Part shown: piece by piece, positions 1 through 9,345 of the stretch | How the letters are laid out: each line of letters starts with the position of its first letter | Position numbering within the stretch: position 1 is the first letter of the stretch | NCBI GenBank assembly: GCA_023133295.1 | Contig: JAGLWT010000014.1 | Span: 1,259-65,258, forward strand | DNA length: 64,000 bases | Source of the DNA: a bacterium | Lineage (GTDB): Bacteria > AUK180 | Direction of reading: 5' to 3' | Notes under the pieces: model-generated | Databases searched by the model: none | Told to the model about the DNA's origin: nothing | The model's input: only the letters and a program-made list of their open reading frames with translations | Translations under genes and position numbers: made by a program

Positions 1-2
1 GG

Positions 3-521
3 ATGGATTTCAGCAATGTTACGCTTGTCGGTGTGCTTTCCGCGGAAGTCCTATTCTCATTTCCCGATTATTCTACCTCTGAGAGGGGATTCTCATTGCT
101 CATGCAGGTATCCGGCCGTGCGGGCCGCGGGGTGAAAAAAGGGGAAGTGCTTGTCCAGACCTATAATCCGAATAATGAGATCATAGAGTATTCGCTGGAG
201 CATAATTACCGTCTCTTCTATGAACATGAGATCAAATTGCGCAAAAAACTCAAATTCCCGCCCTTCATGCGGCTGTACCGTATCACTTTCAGCGGAAAAA
301 AAGAAGAAAGTGTTGTGAAAAAGGCGGATGCCGCCGCCGAAATGCTCTCCGCTTCAGAGGAATTGACCGTTTTCGGCCCCATGCCCGCTGTCCTGAAAAA
401 AATAAACAATATCTACTTCTACGAGTTAATGGTGAAGGCGCCATGCGGAGAAGAACCCGTCTCCGCGCTTCAGCATTTCAAAAGCAAATTCACTGCTGCG
501 AAGATTTTCAAATTGGGATAA
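3..521 (+). CDS. priA: Primosomal protein N' (PriA), C-terminal fragment; the gene begins upstream of the window
   Basis: The ORF is open to the window edge. The C-terminal region (…FPPFMRLYRITFSGKKEE…) resembles the PriA C-terminal domain. Confidence 0.55.
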   Translation: MDFSNVTLVGVLSAEVLFSFPDYSTSERGFSLLMQVSGRAGRGVKKGEVLVQTYNPNNEIIEYSLEHNYRLFYEHEIKLRKKLKFPPFMRLYRITFSGKKEESVVKKADAAAEMLSASEELTVFGPMPAVLKKINNIYFYELMVKAPCGEEPVSALQHFKSKFTAAKIFKLG

Positions 522-568
522 ATAAGAGGTTGTGGCTCACAATATTGCAGATACCTATTTGCGATACT

Positions 569-1135
569 CTATTTCTTCTGGAACCGCCACAGTGACGGAA
601 GAAGTAAACATCCAGCAAATATTTTATATAAATCTCCGACAAGAAATGGGAGGAGTCCCAAATGAATACTTTTTCCAAAAGAGTGTGTATATAGCAGTGT
701 TAAGTGGCCTACTCCGAAAAGATAGATCAATAAGTTCCCAAGTAGCATAAGGAAAAAGACGATGCTGATTTTCCTTGTATTTATTTTTTCTGCTAATAGT
801 GATACAACATAAGAAGCAACCAGAAAGCCAATAATATAACCGCCTGTCGGACCAAGGATAGCGGCGACTCCCGCCTTTCCGCTAGCAAAAACCGGTAGTC
901 CGGCGATGCCTTCAAAGATATAGAGTGAAACAGCGGCAAAGCCGATCTTCCTGCCGAAAGCAATACTCCAGGCAAGTATTGTAAGGGTTTGAAGTGTGAT
1001 TGGCACTGGTGTTGCCGGTAAGTAAAACGAAGTATAAGCCGATAGGATCATTAGTAAATTGCCAATCAATATGATACCGATATAAAGAGGAACACTCCTT
1101 TCTTTTTTCAATAAAATCGTCCCGACAACATTCAT
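569..1135 (-). CDS. bioY: Biotin transporter BioY (ECF-type S component)
   Basis: Multi-TM protein with the BioY signature GPTGGYIIGF. An AAGGAG ribosome-binding site lies 7 nt before the ATG at 1135 (MNVVG…). The ORF is open to 1222, so a longer N-terminus is possible. Confidence 0.7.
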   Translation of the reverse strand: MNVVGTILLKKERSVPLYIGIILIGNLLMILSAYTSFYLPATPVPITLQTLTILAWSIAFGRKIGFAAVSLYIFEGIAGLPVFASGKAGVAAILGPTGGYIIGFLVASYVVSLLAEKINTRKISIVFFLMLLGNLLIYLFGVGHLTLLYTHSFGKSIHLGLLPFLVGDLYKIFAGCLLLPSLWRFQKK

Positions 1136-1456
1136 AACACTCTCCTTCTCTTCCATTATACAGGATTTTTCTGAAATATCTAGTATCTTCCCGACATTAT
1201 TCGCGGGGCAAAGAGTTTTCACGCTCTGCTTCCTGCCAACTCTTTGCTTGGAATTTTTACATCGGGATAGACGGTCGTTTGTCGCACTCCGTACCCCAAG
1301 GGAATGATTGTAAAAGAAGATCTATTGTGTTAAGCGAAATACCGGTTTTCCGGTTACGGGTGCGACTATTGTGGTGTTATATTCTTCCACCTTGTACTTC
1401 AAATCCCGGAACCAGAGACAGAGCTTGACTTGATCTCAAATAAGGTTCGGCTTTAG

Positions 1457-1485
1457 TTGAAATTTCAGCAATAATGTATTATAAT
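1457..1485 (+). promoter_or_regulatory. Sigma70-type promoter, TTGAAA-17 bp-TATAAT, upstream of the LysM lipoprotein gene
   Basis: TTGAAA at 1457-1462, a 17-bp spacer, then TATAAT at 1480-1485, followed by AGGAGG and the ATG at 1522. The ORF-track start at 1474 lies inside this promoter. Confidence 0.5.
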
Positions 1486-1521
1486 ATCAATGTTAAGAAT
1501 TTGAGACGCAGGAGGATTGCG

Positions 1522-2205
1522 ATGAACAGACGATCGTGGCTGATAATTGTACTTATAGCAGTGATTGCACTTGCCGGATGTAAGAATATGAAGAAATATG
1601 ATCCCTTGATGAACGATGCGAAAGCTGCCCTGGAATCAGCAAAGCAGACAGAAGGCGCAGAAGATGAGCAGCTCAAGGAAGCCGAGGCCGCGTTCAAAAG
1701 CGCACAAGAGGCCTATGAAGGAAAAAAGGGTGACGATGTCGAGATCTACGCCAACAAGACAATAGAGCTGGCAAATAAAGCGAAAGCCGATGCCATTGCA
1801 GCAAAGAAAGAAGCCGAGAGAATAATTGTCGTAAAAGACGAATATGAAACTAAGCTGGCCGATCTTACCGCTGCGGTCGATGAGATCAAAACGGAAAAAG
1901 AGATCTATCAGAAAACACTTGATCTGATCGAGCAGGCCAAGGCGGAATACGAAGCGGGTGAATATGACAAGGCCCTTGAGACCCTGACCATGGCAATGGA
2001 TACATTCAATAGGGGTTTAGAGATCAAGAAAAATAAACCTACTGCATATACCGTCATTAAAGGTGACTGCCTTTGGAACATCGCCAAAAAAGAAAAGATA
2101 TACGGAGATCCTTTCCAATGGCCGAAGATCTACAAGGAGAATAAAGATCAGATAAGAGACCCCGATCTTATTTTCCCAAAGCAGGTATTTAGAATACCCC
2201 GCTAG
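1522..2205 (+). CDS. LysM-domain lipoprotein with an Ala/Lys/Glu-rich helical region
   Basis: Signal peptide with lipobox LAGC. C-terminal LysM domain (YTVIKGDCLWNIAKK…FRIP). AGGAGG lies 6 nt before the ATG at 1522. Confidence 0.65.
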   Translation: MNRRSWLIIVLIAVIALAGCKNMKKYDPLMNDAKAALESAKQTEGAEDEQLKEAEAAFKSAQEAYEGKKGDDVEIYANKTIELANKAKADAIAAKKEAERIIVVKDEYETKLADLTAAVDEIKTEKEIYQKTLDLIEQAKAEYEAGEYDKALETLTMAMDTFNRGLEIKKNKPTAYTVIKGDCLWNIAKKEKIYGDPFQWPKIYKENKDQIRDPDLIFPKQVFRIPR

Positions 2206-2213
2206 TCCGGCAT

Positions 2214-2846
2214 ATGATAAAGCGATTTTTAATTTTATTAATTGTATTGCTTATTTCTCTGCCTCTATATTCTTATGAATTGAAACAAGGCGACAGGCTG
2301 AAGATCGTTATTCAGGGCGTCAAAGACTTTTCTGATATTCCTTTCGTTATTCAAGCTGATGGAACGCTCTCATTGCCTTATATTGGTGAGATCCGCGCTT
2401 CCGGCTTAACAATGGAAGAATTCAATGAGATCATTTCCGAGAAATACAATGTGGTCTTTAATAACCCTGAGATCCTATCCATTATTATCGAGAAAGCACC
2501 CATAAGTGTCGGGATAATGGCATTTTCACAGGACGGTGGAGAGCTCGTTTCTTTGCCTCAGGGGAGTACCGTGGTGGAGGCTCTTGCTGCCGGCGGTGTG
2601 AATCTGAGAAAAGCTTCTCTCAGCAGGGTGAAGATCATCCGCGCTGACGGGACGGTGGTAAAGGTCAATGTGAATAAACTTATAAAAACAGGTGATCCTG
2701 TTTTAAGAAAGTCCGCGATTCTCAACACCGGTGACATTGTATATGTACCGAAGAAATTCTTATACCTTGACCTTCAAACGACGCTTCAGATAGTGTCTCT
2801 TGTAAGTTCTCTCATCGTGATCTTTAAATATTTCAGTGTGGAGTAA
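2214..2846 (+). CDS. Polysaccharide export protein (Wza-like Poly_export + SLBB domains)
   Basis: N-terminal signal/TM segment. The LKQGDRLKIVIQG…DGTLSLPYIGEIRASGLTMEEF pattern is typical of Poly_export (PF02563), and an SLBB-like segment follows. Confidence 0.65.
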   Translation: MIKRFLILLIVLLISLPLYSYELKQGDRLKIVIQGVKDFSDIPFVIQADGTLSLPYIGEIRASGLTMEEFNEIISEKYNVVFNNPEILSIIIEKAPISVGIMAFSQDGGELVSLPQGSTVVEALAAGGVNLRKASLSRVKIIRADGTVVKVNVNKLIKTGDPVLRKSAILNTGDIVYVPKKFLYLDLQTTLQIVSLVSSLIVIFKYFSVE

Positions 2847-3803
2847 ATGGGAAAGAAACTATTTAACATTATCCGCATTGTTCTAACTCTGCTCTTTTTA
2901 TATTTCGTTTTCAGAAAGATCGAATTTTCTCTTTTGAAGGACGCGTTCATCAGTTCTGATAAAATTATGCTCATCTGGGCATTTATCCTCTTCATGGTTA
3001 ATACCGTCTTGATGACCCTGAGAATATCTACGCTTTTTAAGGTATTTCCTCAGAAACTATCCTTTTTAAAGGTGCTCAGGTATTATCTTATCGGAATATT
3101 TTTCAATCAGGCACTTCCAACTGCTGTCGGCGGCGACGCTGTCAAGGGATACAAATTAGGCAAGGCCGTGAATGATGTCCCTTCCGGGTTATTGATAACC
3201 TTTATAGACCGCCTGCTGGGCTTATTGACCATGCTCGCGTACCTTTTTGTAGCGATCCTTATCGGAGGCGCATCCTATCTGAAGGGCAATTCGCTTTATC
3301 TTCTCAGCGGTTTCGCTGCGATCTGCATCGTTCTTACTATAATGATCTTCTCCACCCGGCTTTCCGGAATGGTTTACCGTATCTTCTTTAAACCCTTTGA
3401 AGATAAGGTCAAATTTCTTCATCGTATCAAGGAAAGCTACAGGTTCTTTCTGAAGACCAGGGATCAGAAAAAACTGTATTATATAGCATTAGTATATTCC
3501 TTCGCGGCCCAATTGATCCTTATAGTAGCTGTATCATTATTAGCAGCAGGCCTGGGTATCACTTTGACCTTAGAAGTATATTTTATAGTCATGCCGATAA
3601 TATTCGTGATATCGATGATACCTATATCTGTCGGCGGTTTCGGAGTAAGAGAGCAGGCATTTGTTTCTTTGCTCGCACTTTACGGGATCGGAAGGATTCC
3701 GGCATTGGCATTGGCCCTTTTATATGTGGGTTTGTATATTCTCATGTGTATCCCGGGCGGTGTTCTTTATCTCTTCGGAGAAAAGGAGAAAATTGATGGA
3801 TAA
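2847..3803 (+). CDS. UPF0104 / lysylphosphatidylglycerol-synthase-TM-like integral membrane protein (putative flippase-like)
   Basis: About 8 TM helices and the GGDAVKGYKLGK motif characteristic of the LPG_synthase_TM family. Its stop is adjacent to the next gene. Confidence 0.55.
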   Translation: MGKKLFNIIRIVLTLLFLYFVFRKIEFSLLKDAFISSDKIMLIWAFILFMVNTVLMTLRISTLFKVFPQKLSFLKVLRYYLIGIFFNQALPTAVGGDAVKGYKLGKAVNDVPSGLLITFIDRLLGLLTMLAYLFVAILIGGASYLKGNSLYLLSGFAAICIVLTIMIFSTRLSGMVYRIFFKPFEDKVKFLHRIKESYRFFLKTRDQKKLYYIALVYSFAAQLILIVAVSLLAAGLGITLTLEVYFIVMPIIFVISMIPISVGGFGVREQAFVSLLALYGIGRIPALALALLYVGLYILMCIPGGVLYLFGEKEKIDG

Positions 3804-5955
3804 TGAAGGCAGCATGAATTTATATCGTTACTTGAGCATTGTGTTCAAGTATAAGTGGTTGGTTCTTCTACTGTTTCTGATCTTATTTGTTTCAGGAATG
3901 TTCGTGGTTATGAAGAGTCAGGAGATGTACGCGGCGCAAACAAAGATCCTGGTAAATTACCAGATGAGCGGAACGAACGATATGTCCAGGTATTTTATGT
4001 CAGGCACCATAAGGTATCTTGTTAAGACATACTCCTTGACGATCGTTTCCAATCAGGTTTTGGAAAAGACAAGAAAAATTCTGGACCTGCCCTATTCAGT
4101 AGGGTATCTTCGCACGCATCTCTTTGTTGAGACCGAGGAAGGGACAAATCTGATCAAGGTATCAGGGACACTCCCTGATAAGGAGCATGTAGCTCTATTT
4201 CTCAATACACTCATTGATCAGTATATTATTCTTCAGACCGGATTTATGACCGAGGATTCTGTTAAGGCAAAGGATTATATCCAAGAACAGCTTCAGGTTG
4301 TCGGCGCTGACAGAAAGTGTATTCAGGAGAAGATCAGGGATTTCAAAGAACAGAACGGGATCGTGGATGTGAAAACAGAGATGCAGAACCTTGTTGAGCG
4401 ATTTTCGGCGCTGCGCTTATCTAAAACAACATCCATTATGGAAAGGAAGTCGGTAAAGGAGACACTTGCCAAGGTCAATCGCGAATTAAGTAAGATAAAG
4501 GATTCCGGAGAGGCGAATATCATCAATGATATTGAAACCTCTCCCGAGTATGCGGCGTACAAGAGATTGCAGCAGGAATATGAAGAGGCATCCATGGTAT
4601 ATAAAGAAGGATCCTCGTATATAAAGGCATTGAAGATAAAGCTTGATGATCTTAAGAATAAGCTCTTTAACCGAATATCATCAACTGATTCTAATGTTTC
4701 GCTACTCTCTTTATACTCGCAGAAAACTCTTTTGGAACAGCGACTTGTGGAATTGAATTACGAGATCGTAAAGACCGATTTTATTCTGCAGAGCATGGAG
4801 GAGCAGCATAAAAGCATTCCTGAAAAGGAAATGGAATATCAGGACCTGATGGCTGATCTGATCATCAATGAGAAATTGTATAATATTCTCCTTGAACAGG
4901 AGAAGGAAATGGAATTGGCAAAGATCACTCAGGGAAGCACGATCAGAGTTGTGGACAGAGCGATCGAACCCTCCAGGCCTATAACCACCAGCAAGGCCAG
5001 ATACCTTCTCTTCATCACATTGCTCGCTCTCATTGTTTCTGTGGGCTTTGCTTTTCTTATCGAATATATTGACACTACGGTAAAACCCTCTGATAATATT
5101 GAGAAGATATTCGACGCGAATCTGATCGGGAAGATCCCTGAAATATATAAAGGTGATGAAAAATTGAGTAAATGGGCGATTATTACCGGCCAGCGCGCGA
5201 AATATATTACGCGTTCCTTCAAGGAAAACCTTATTACCAATATCAGCAAGAAATCCACTATCAATGAATCCTATAAAGAATTGAGAACACTTTTGTCCTA
5301 TAGTAAAGAATTCAAGAATAGGGAAGGTGCCAAAACCATGTTGGTCACCAGTTCTGAAACAAAGGAAGGTAAATCGATCACCGGAGCTAACCTTTCAATA
5401 ATTCTTTCCTTGAACAGAAAGAAGACCGTTCTGATCGATGCCGATATGAGAAAACCCGCACAGCACAGGATCTTTGAAAGGGTAAATAATGTCGGCTTAA
5501 CCGATTACTTCGAAGAGAGCATTACTGATGTAAAAAAGATCATTCAGGCAGGCGTAAATCCCTATCATGATATTATTACTTGCGGACCGCATACACATAA
5601 TTCAAGCGAATATCTCGATTCTCCTAAGGTATTTGAGCTTATTGACAAGCTTTCGGCATTGGGATATGAATATATCATTTTTGACACGCCCCCGGTGAAT
5701 GCGCTTACCGATGCTGTCGTCCTCTCAAATAAACTGGACGGTGTCCTCTTTGTCATCAGATCCAATCAGATAGGGAGGCACAGGGTACAGATAGCATTGG
5801 AAAATATCAAAAAGAGCGGAGGCAATATTCTTGGCCTTATCCTCAACGGCATCCCTCTCAGGGGCGGCTACGGGTATTATTATTACTATTACGGCCAGAC
5901 CTATTATTACAGTTACGACGATGTGGACGCGAATGAAGAGAAGAAAAAGGCATAA
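3796..5955 (+). CDS. Wzc-like chain-length-determinant (Wzz) domain fused to a bacterial tyrosine (BY) kinase
   Basis: N-terminal TM helix, a long coiled-coil periplasmic region and a second TM helix. Walker A SSETKEGKSITG, A' VLIDADMRKP, Walker B IIFDTPP. C-terminal tyrosine cluster GGYGYYYYYYGQTYYYSY. AAGGAGA ribosome-binding site before the ATG at 3796. Confidence 0.8.
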   Translation: MDNEGSMNLYRYLSIVFKYKWLVLLLFLILFVSGMFVVMKSQEMYAAQTKILVNYQMSGTNDMSRYFMSGTIRYLVKTYSLTIVSNQVLEKTRKILDLPYSVGYLRTHLFVETEEGTNLIKVSGTLPDKEHVALFLNTLIDQYIILQTGFMTEDSVKAKDYIQEQLQVVGADRKCIQEKIRDFKEQNGIVDVKTEMQNLVERFSALRLSKTTSIMERKSVKETLAKVNRELSKIKDSGEANIINDIETSPEYAAYKRLQQEYEEASMVYKEGSSYIKALKIKLDDLKNKLFNRISSTDSNVSLLSLYSQKTLLEQRLVELNYEIVKTDFILQSMEEQHKSIPEKEMEYQDLMADLIINEKLYNILLEQEKEMELAKITQGSTIRVVDRAIEPSRPITTSKARYLLFITLLALIVSVGFAFLIEYIDTTVKPSDNIEKIFDANLIGKIPEIYKGDEKLSKWAIITGQRAKYITRSFKENLITNISKKSTINESYKELRTLLSYSKEFKNREGAKTMLVTSSETKEGKSITGANLSIILSLNRKKTVLIDADMRKPAQHRIFERVNNVGLTDYFEESITDVKKIIQAGVNPYHDIITCGPHTHNSSEYLDSPKVFELIDKLSALGYEYIIFDTPPVNALTDAVVLSNKLDGVLFVIRSNQIGRHRVQIALENIKKSGGNILGLILNGIPLRGGYGYYYYYYGQTYYYSYDDVDANEEKKKA

Positions 5956-5975
5956 TTTATGCAGATACCCTGTAG

Positions 5976-6200
5976 ATGAAGTTAAAGATATCAGGATTCC
6001 GCTACTTTAATGCGACGGCCCCCAACGAAAAGACCGTTTCGGTTTCCGAAGGGACAGTATTGGAGCAATTGCTGGTCGAACTGGGACTTGAACCTGATGT
6101 TATCGGATACTTTATTCTTAACGGAACTCCCTTGAAGAGGGGAGCTATTATACCTGAGGGAGGGAATCTTAAACTCATTCCATTTCTTAGTGGAGGTTGA
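5976..6200 (+). CDS. ThiS/MoaD-like beta-grasp small protein ending in Gly-Gly
   Basis: 74 aa. The pattern …NGTPLKRGAIIPEGGNLKLIPFLSGG with a terminal GG is typical of sulfur-carrier / ubiquitin-like proteins. There is no adjacent E1-like or thiG gene. Confidence 0.55.
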   Translation: MKLKISGFRYFNATAPNEKTVSVSEGTVLEQLLVELGLEPDVIGYFILNGTPLKRGAIIPEGGNLKLIPFLSGG

Positions 6201-6201
6201 T

Positions 6202-6642
6202 ATGAAACGCATTGCTCTCTTTTTGTTGATCATCACAGCATTTCTTTCATGCAGGGTGTATGTCAGGCATGTACCGCCAAAACCCAAATTGATGTTCTAT
6301 TCTGCTCCGGAGATCGTTATCGTTCCAGGTTTTGCCGCGGTTTATTATGTCAAGGGACACTCTTCGGTGGCGTTTTTCTTTGACGGCAGATGGTTTATAC
6401 TCGATCGGGGATACTGGTATGCGTCTCAATTCTGGAAAGGCCCGTGGGTGCATGTCAAAAAGGGTCTCCCTCCGGGATTGCTGAAAGCCCGGAAATTTAT
6501 GGCGAACAAGGCCAAAGCACGCATAAAAACCGGTAAAAAGGCTAAGGAGGACAAAAAGGATTCGGATAAAGACAAGATCAAGATAAAGAAAAAGGGAAAG
6601 AAAGGAAATAAAGGCAAAGGAAAAGACAAGGACAAAGATTAA
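6202..6642 (+). CDS. Putative lipoprotein with a Lys/Asp-rich low-complexity tail
   Basis: GGAGG before the ATG at 6202. Signal peptide ending LSC. The last ~45 residues are K/D-rich. Confidence 0.45.
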   Translation: MKRIALFLLIITAFLSCRVYVRHVPPKPKLMFYSAPEIVIVPGFAAVYYVKGHSSVAFFFDGRWFILDRGYWYASQFWKGPWVHVKKGLPPGLLKARKFMANKAKARIKTGKKAKEDKKDSDKDKIKIKKKGKKGNKGKGKDKDKD

Positions 6643-6669
6643 GAAACGAACTGAAAGGTGATCAAAACT

Positions 6670-7179
6670 ATGGTTTTAGAAGAGATTTCAAAAAGACGAA
6701 GTATTAGAGAATATAAAGACGCTTCCGTCGAAGAATCCAAATTACTGAATATTCTGGAAGCCGGCCGTTTGGCTCCCACTGCCCGTAATCGGCAGGAATG
6801 GAAGGTGATCATTGTTACCGATCCGGAATTGAAGATGAAGATGGTAGATGCCTGCAACGGACAGGCCTTTGTCAAGACCGCTGCAGCGCTCCTTGTTGCT
6901 GTCTCGACCGACACTTCCTATACGATGAGATGCGGGGTAAATGCCGGTACCGTTGACACAACGATCGTTTTGCAGAACATGGTGCTTCAGGCAGAGAAAG
7001 AAGGCCTGGGCACATGCTACATCGGCTCGTTCTTCAATGATCAGGTCAAGAGGCTTCTTTCGATACCTTCGAAGATGGAAGTGATACAGATCCTTACGCT
7101 TGGATATGCTGATGAGGCCCCGGAGCCGCGCCCCCGTAAGGATCTTAAAGAATTCTATTGCCATAACAAGTATGAATAA
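6670..7179 (+). CDS. Nitroreductase-family oxidoreductase
   Basis: RRSIREYKD N-terminal motif and nitroreductase-fold similarity throughout. An alternative start lies at 6658. Confidence 0.7.
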   Translation: MVLEEISKRRSIREYKDASVEESKLLNILEAGRLAPTARNRQEWKVIIVTDPELKMKMVDACNGQAFVKTAAALLVAVSTDTSYTMRCGVNAGTVDTTIVLQNMVLQAEKEGLGTCYIGSFFNDQVKRLLSIPSKMEVIQILTLGYADEAPEPRPRKDLKEFYCHNKYE

Positions 7180-9025
7180 GACCTCATTTTACAGAAGCTG
7201 GATCGAGATCGACCTTCTTCGTTTCAAGCAAAACCTCTCCAATATTTTAAGCAAGTTACCATCTGATGTAAAGTATCTTCAGGTTGTAAAAGCCGATGCA
7301 TACGGCCATGGCGCGGTTGAAATATCAAAGGCGGCTTTGGAGATGAATATACAGTATCTGGGTGTTGCCAATGCGGTGGAAGGTGTCCTTTTAAGAGAAA
7401 GCGGCATTGATGTCCCCATTATAATTCTCGGGCCGTCATTAGAGGAAGAGATCGAAGATATTCTGAGTTACGATCTGACCCCGTCGGTATCGTCCTTAGG
7501 ATTCGGACAGATGCTTTCAGAAAGATCAAGCAAAATTATCCCGATCCATATAGAGGTGGATACCGGAATGGGCCGCGGCGGGTTTACCGCGGTAAATCGA
7601 TCACAGATAGAAAATATATTTCAATTATCAAATCTCCGTGTCGAAGGTATCTTCTCGCATTTTCCCATATCAGAGGAAAAAAATGAGTTCTCACTGTCCC
7701 AAGGCGCTGAATTCAAGGAATTCGTGAAAACTCTGGGATCGAAAGGATATTCCGCTCCGCTGATACATATGGCAAATTCAGGCGGCTTTCTCAATTACAA
7801 GGAATCGTTCTTCACGATGATCCGCATCGGGCTTCTCTCTTATGGATATTTTCCGAACGGCGAAAAAGGAAGTTTTCCTGTCGAACCGATAATGTCGTTC
7901 AAGAGCAAGGTTACCTTGATAAAGGAATATGAGAAAGGGGAAAGCATATCTTACGGGAGAACCTTCATTACGCAGAGGGACACAAGGATCGCTGTCATTC
8001 CGATAGGCTACGCTGACGGTTTTTTCCGCCAGGCATCACATAGCGCTCTTGTCCTTATTAACGGTCAGCGCTTCCCGCTGGTGGGAAGAGTGTCAATGGA
8101 TATGGTCATGGCTGATGTTACCGATGCGGTATCTGAGATCGGCAAAGGAGATAATGTTACAATAATGGGCCGCGACGGCGCATTAACACAAAGCGCGGAT
8201 GATCTGTCAAAGGCCTCGAATACGATAAATTATGAGATACTTACTAATGCCGGCCGGCGCGCTGTGAAGATATATAATATTGAAAAAGACACGAGATCGA
8301 ATTCTCCGGCATTACCTTCTCTGATCAGGGAGATCAAGTTTCCCGATCTGCTGAAAAAGGTTTACGGCATTGACCTCAACGCGGATCTTCAGTCCAAGAT
8401 CAAAAATGATATTGTAAAAAAACTCTTCGGTGATTCCTGGGACCTTATCCGGGAGGACCTTAGATATCATATTGAGCTGCTGCCGCTTGAAGGGGAGTAT
8501 TTTAAGGTAATCACCTCGATCACTTTCAAAAAATGGATCAATCAGACAGATCTGTATATCGGGATCGCCAATAATTCCGATCTTCTGGACAAAATGATCC
8601 ACGACCGTAAATATATCTATAGATGGCTTCTTGACCGTCCGGAAATAAATAGTGAAGACCTCCTGATCAAATCATTCACCATTGGTGGAAAGGATGTTGA
8701 AAAGGTCTCGGAAAGCGAACTTGACGGCGGGTATTGTTTTCATTACCGCACAGATATTTCAGGCCGCAATCTCAGCGAATTTTCAATTGAGATGGAGACA
8801 TATTATCCGGCGGACAGCCGGGTATTCCCGGTGTATTTTTCAGATTTTACGAAGGGAGCTGAAATTGAGTTCAAGCTGGCAGATGTTGATCTAAAGCATT
8901 TTCCCTTTTTCTCCACAAAAGACCTTAATATCACACAATGCCGAAACAAGGATTCAATGAAAATAACAATAGAACCGAATGAGTTTATCTTCCCTGAGAA
9001 CGGGATAATATTTTATTGGGAGTAA
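7172..9025 (+). CDS. alr: Alanine racemase fused in-frame to a ~240-aa C-terminal domain of unknown function
   Basis: The first ~375 aa are canonical Alr (VVKADAYGHGAVEIS PLP-lysine motif; …YEILTNAGRRAVKIYN C-terminus). The ORF then continues for ~240 aa with no stop. Its start overlaps the nitroreductase stop (ATGAATAA). Confidence 0.7.
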   Translation: MNKTSFYRSWIEIDLLRFKQNLSNILSKLPSDVKYLQVVKADAYGHGAVEISKAALEMNIQYLGVANAVEGVLLRESGIDVPIIILGPSLEEEIEDILSYDLTPSVSSLGFGQMLSERSSKIIPIHIEVDTGMGRGGFTAVNRSQIENIFQLSNLRVEGIFSHFPISEEKNEFSLSQGAEFKEFVKTLGSKGYSAPLIHMANSGGFLNYKESFFTMIRIGLLSYGYFPNGEKGSFPVEPIMSFKSKVTLIKEYEKGESISYGRTFITQRDTRIAVIPIGYADGFFRQASHSALVLINGQRFPLVGRVSMDMVMADVTDAVSEIGKGDNVTIMGRDGALTQSADDLSKASNTINYEILTNAGRRAVKIYNIEKDTRSNSPALPSLIREIKFPDLLKKVYGIDLNADLQSKIKNDIVKKLFGDSWDLIREDLRYHIELLPLEGEYFKVITSITFKKWINQTDLYIGIANNSDLLDKMIHDRKYIYRWLLDRPEINSEDLLIKSFTIGGKDVEKVSESELDGGYCFHYRTDISGRNLSEFSIEMETYYPADSRVFPVYFSDFTKGAEIEFKLADVDLKHFPFFSTKDLNITQCRNKDSMKITIEPNEFIFPENGIIFYWE

Positions 9026-9036
9026 AGAGGAAATAT

Positions 9037-9345
9037 ATGGCTGAGAAAAGACGAAAAGTGGAATTCAAGATCGATGAGAAAACCTCAAGTGGTGAATATG
9101 CTAATCTTGCGAATATAATTTTCAGTGATTCTGAATTCATCATTGATTTCGCGAGAATGATACCGGGAATGCCGGCAGCTGAGGTGAAATCCAGAATTAT
9201 TTTAAGTCCGAAGAATGCGAAATTGCTTTCTCTTATTTTGAAACAAAGGGTTTCGGATTACGAAAAAGCACATGGAAACATTCGCCTGCCAAAGGGCGAA
9301 GAGGGCACAAATATTGGTTTCCGCTCAGAAAAAGAAAAGAACTAA
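9037..9345 (+). CDS. Small conserved protein, DUF3467-like
   Basis: About 100 aa, with …ANIIFSDSEFIIDFARMIPG…SRIILSPKNAKLLSLILKQRV… resembling the DUF3467 family. Confidence 0.45.
   Translation: MAEKRRKVEFKIDEKTSSGEYANLANIIFSDSEFIIDFARMIPGMPAAEVKSRIILSPKNAKLLSLILKQRVSDYEKAHGNIRLPKGEEGTNIGFRSEKEKN

Noticed and set aside
1261-1460. Possible tRNA or riboswitch in the bioY-LysM intergenic region (…CTTCAAATCCCGGAACC…)
   Set aside because: The T-loop-like TTCAAATCC has no complementary 5' stem and no acceptor/anticodon arms can be built. No tRNA-like cloverleaf was found anywhere in the window by eye.
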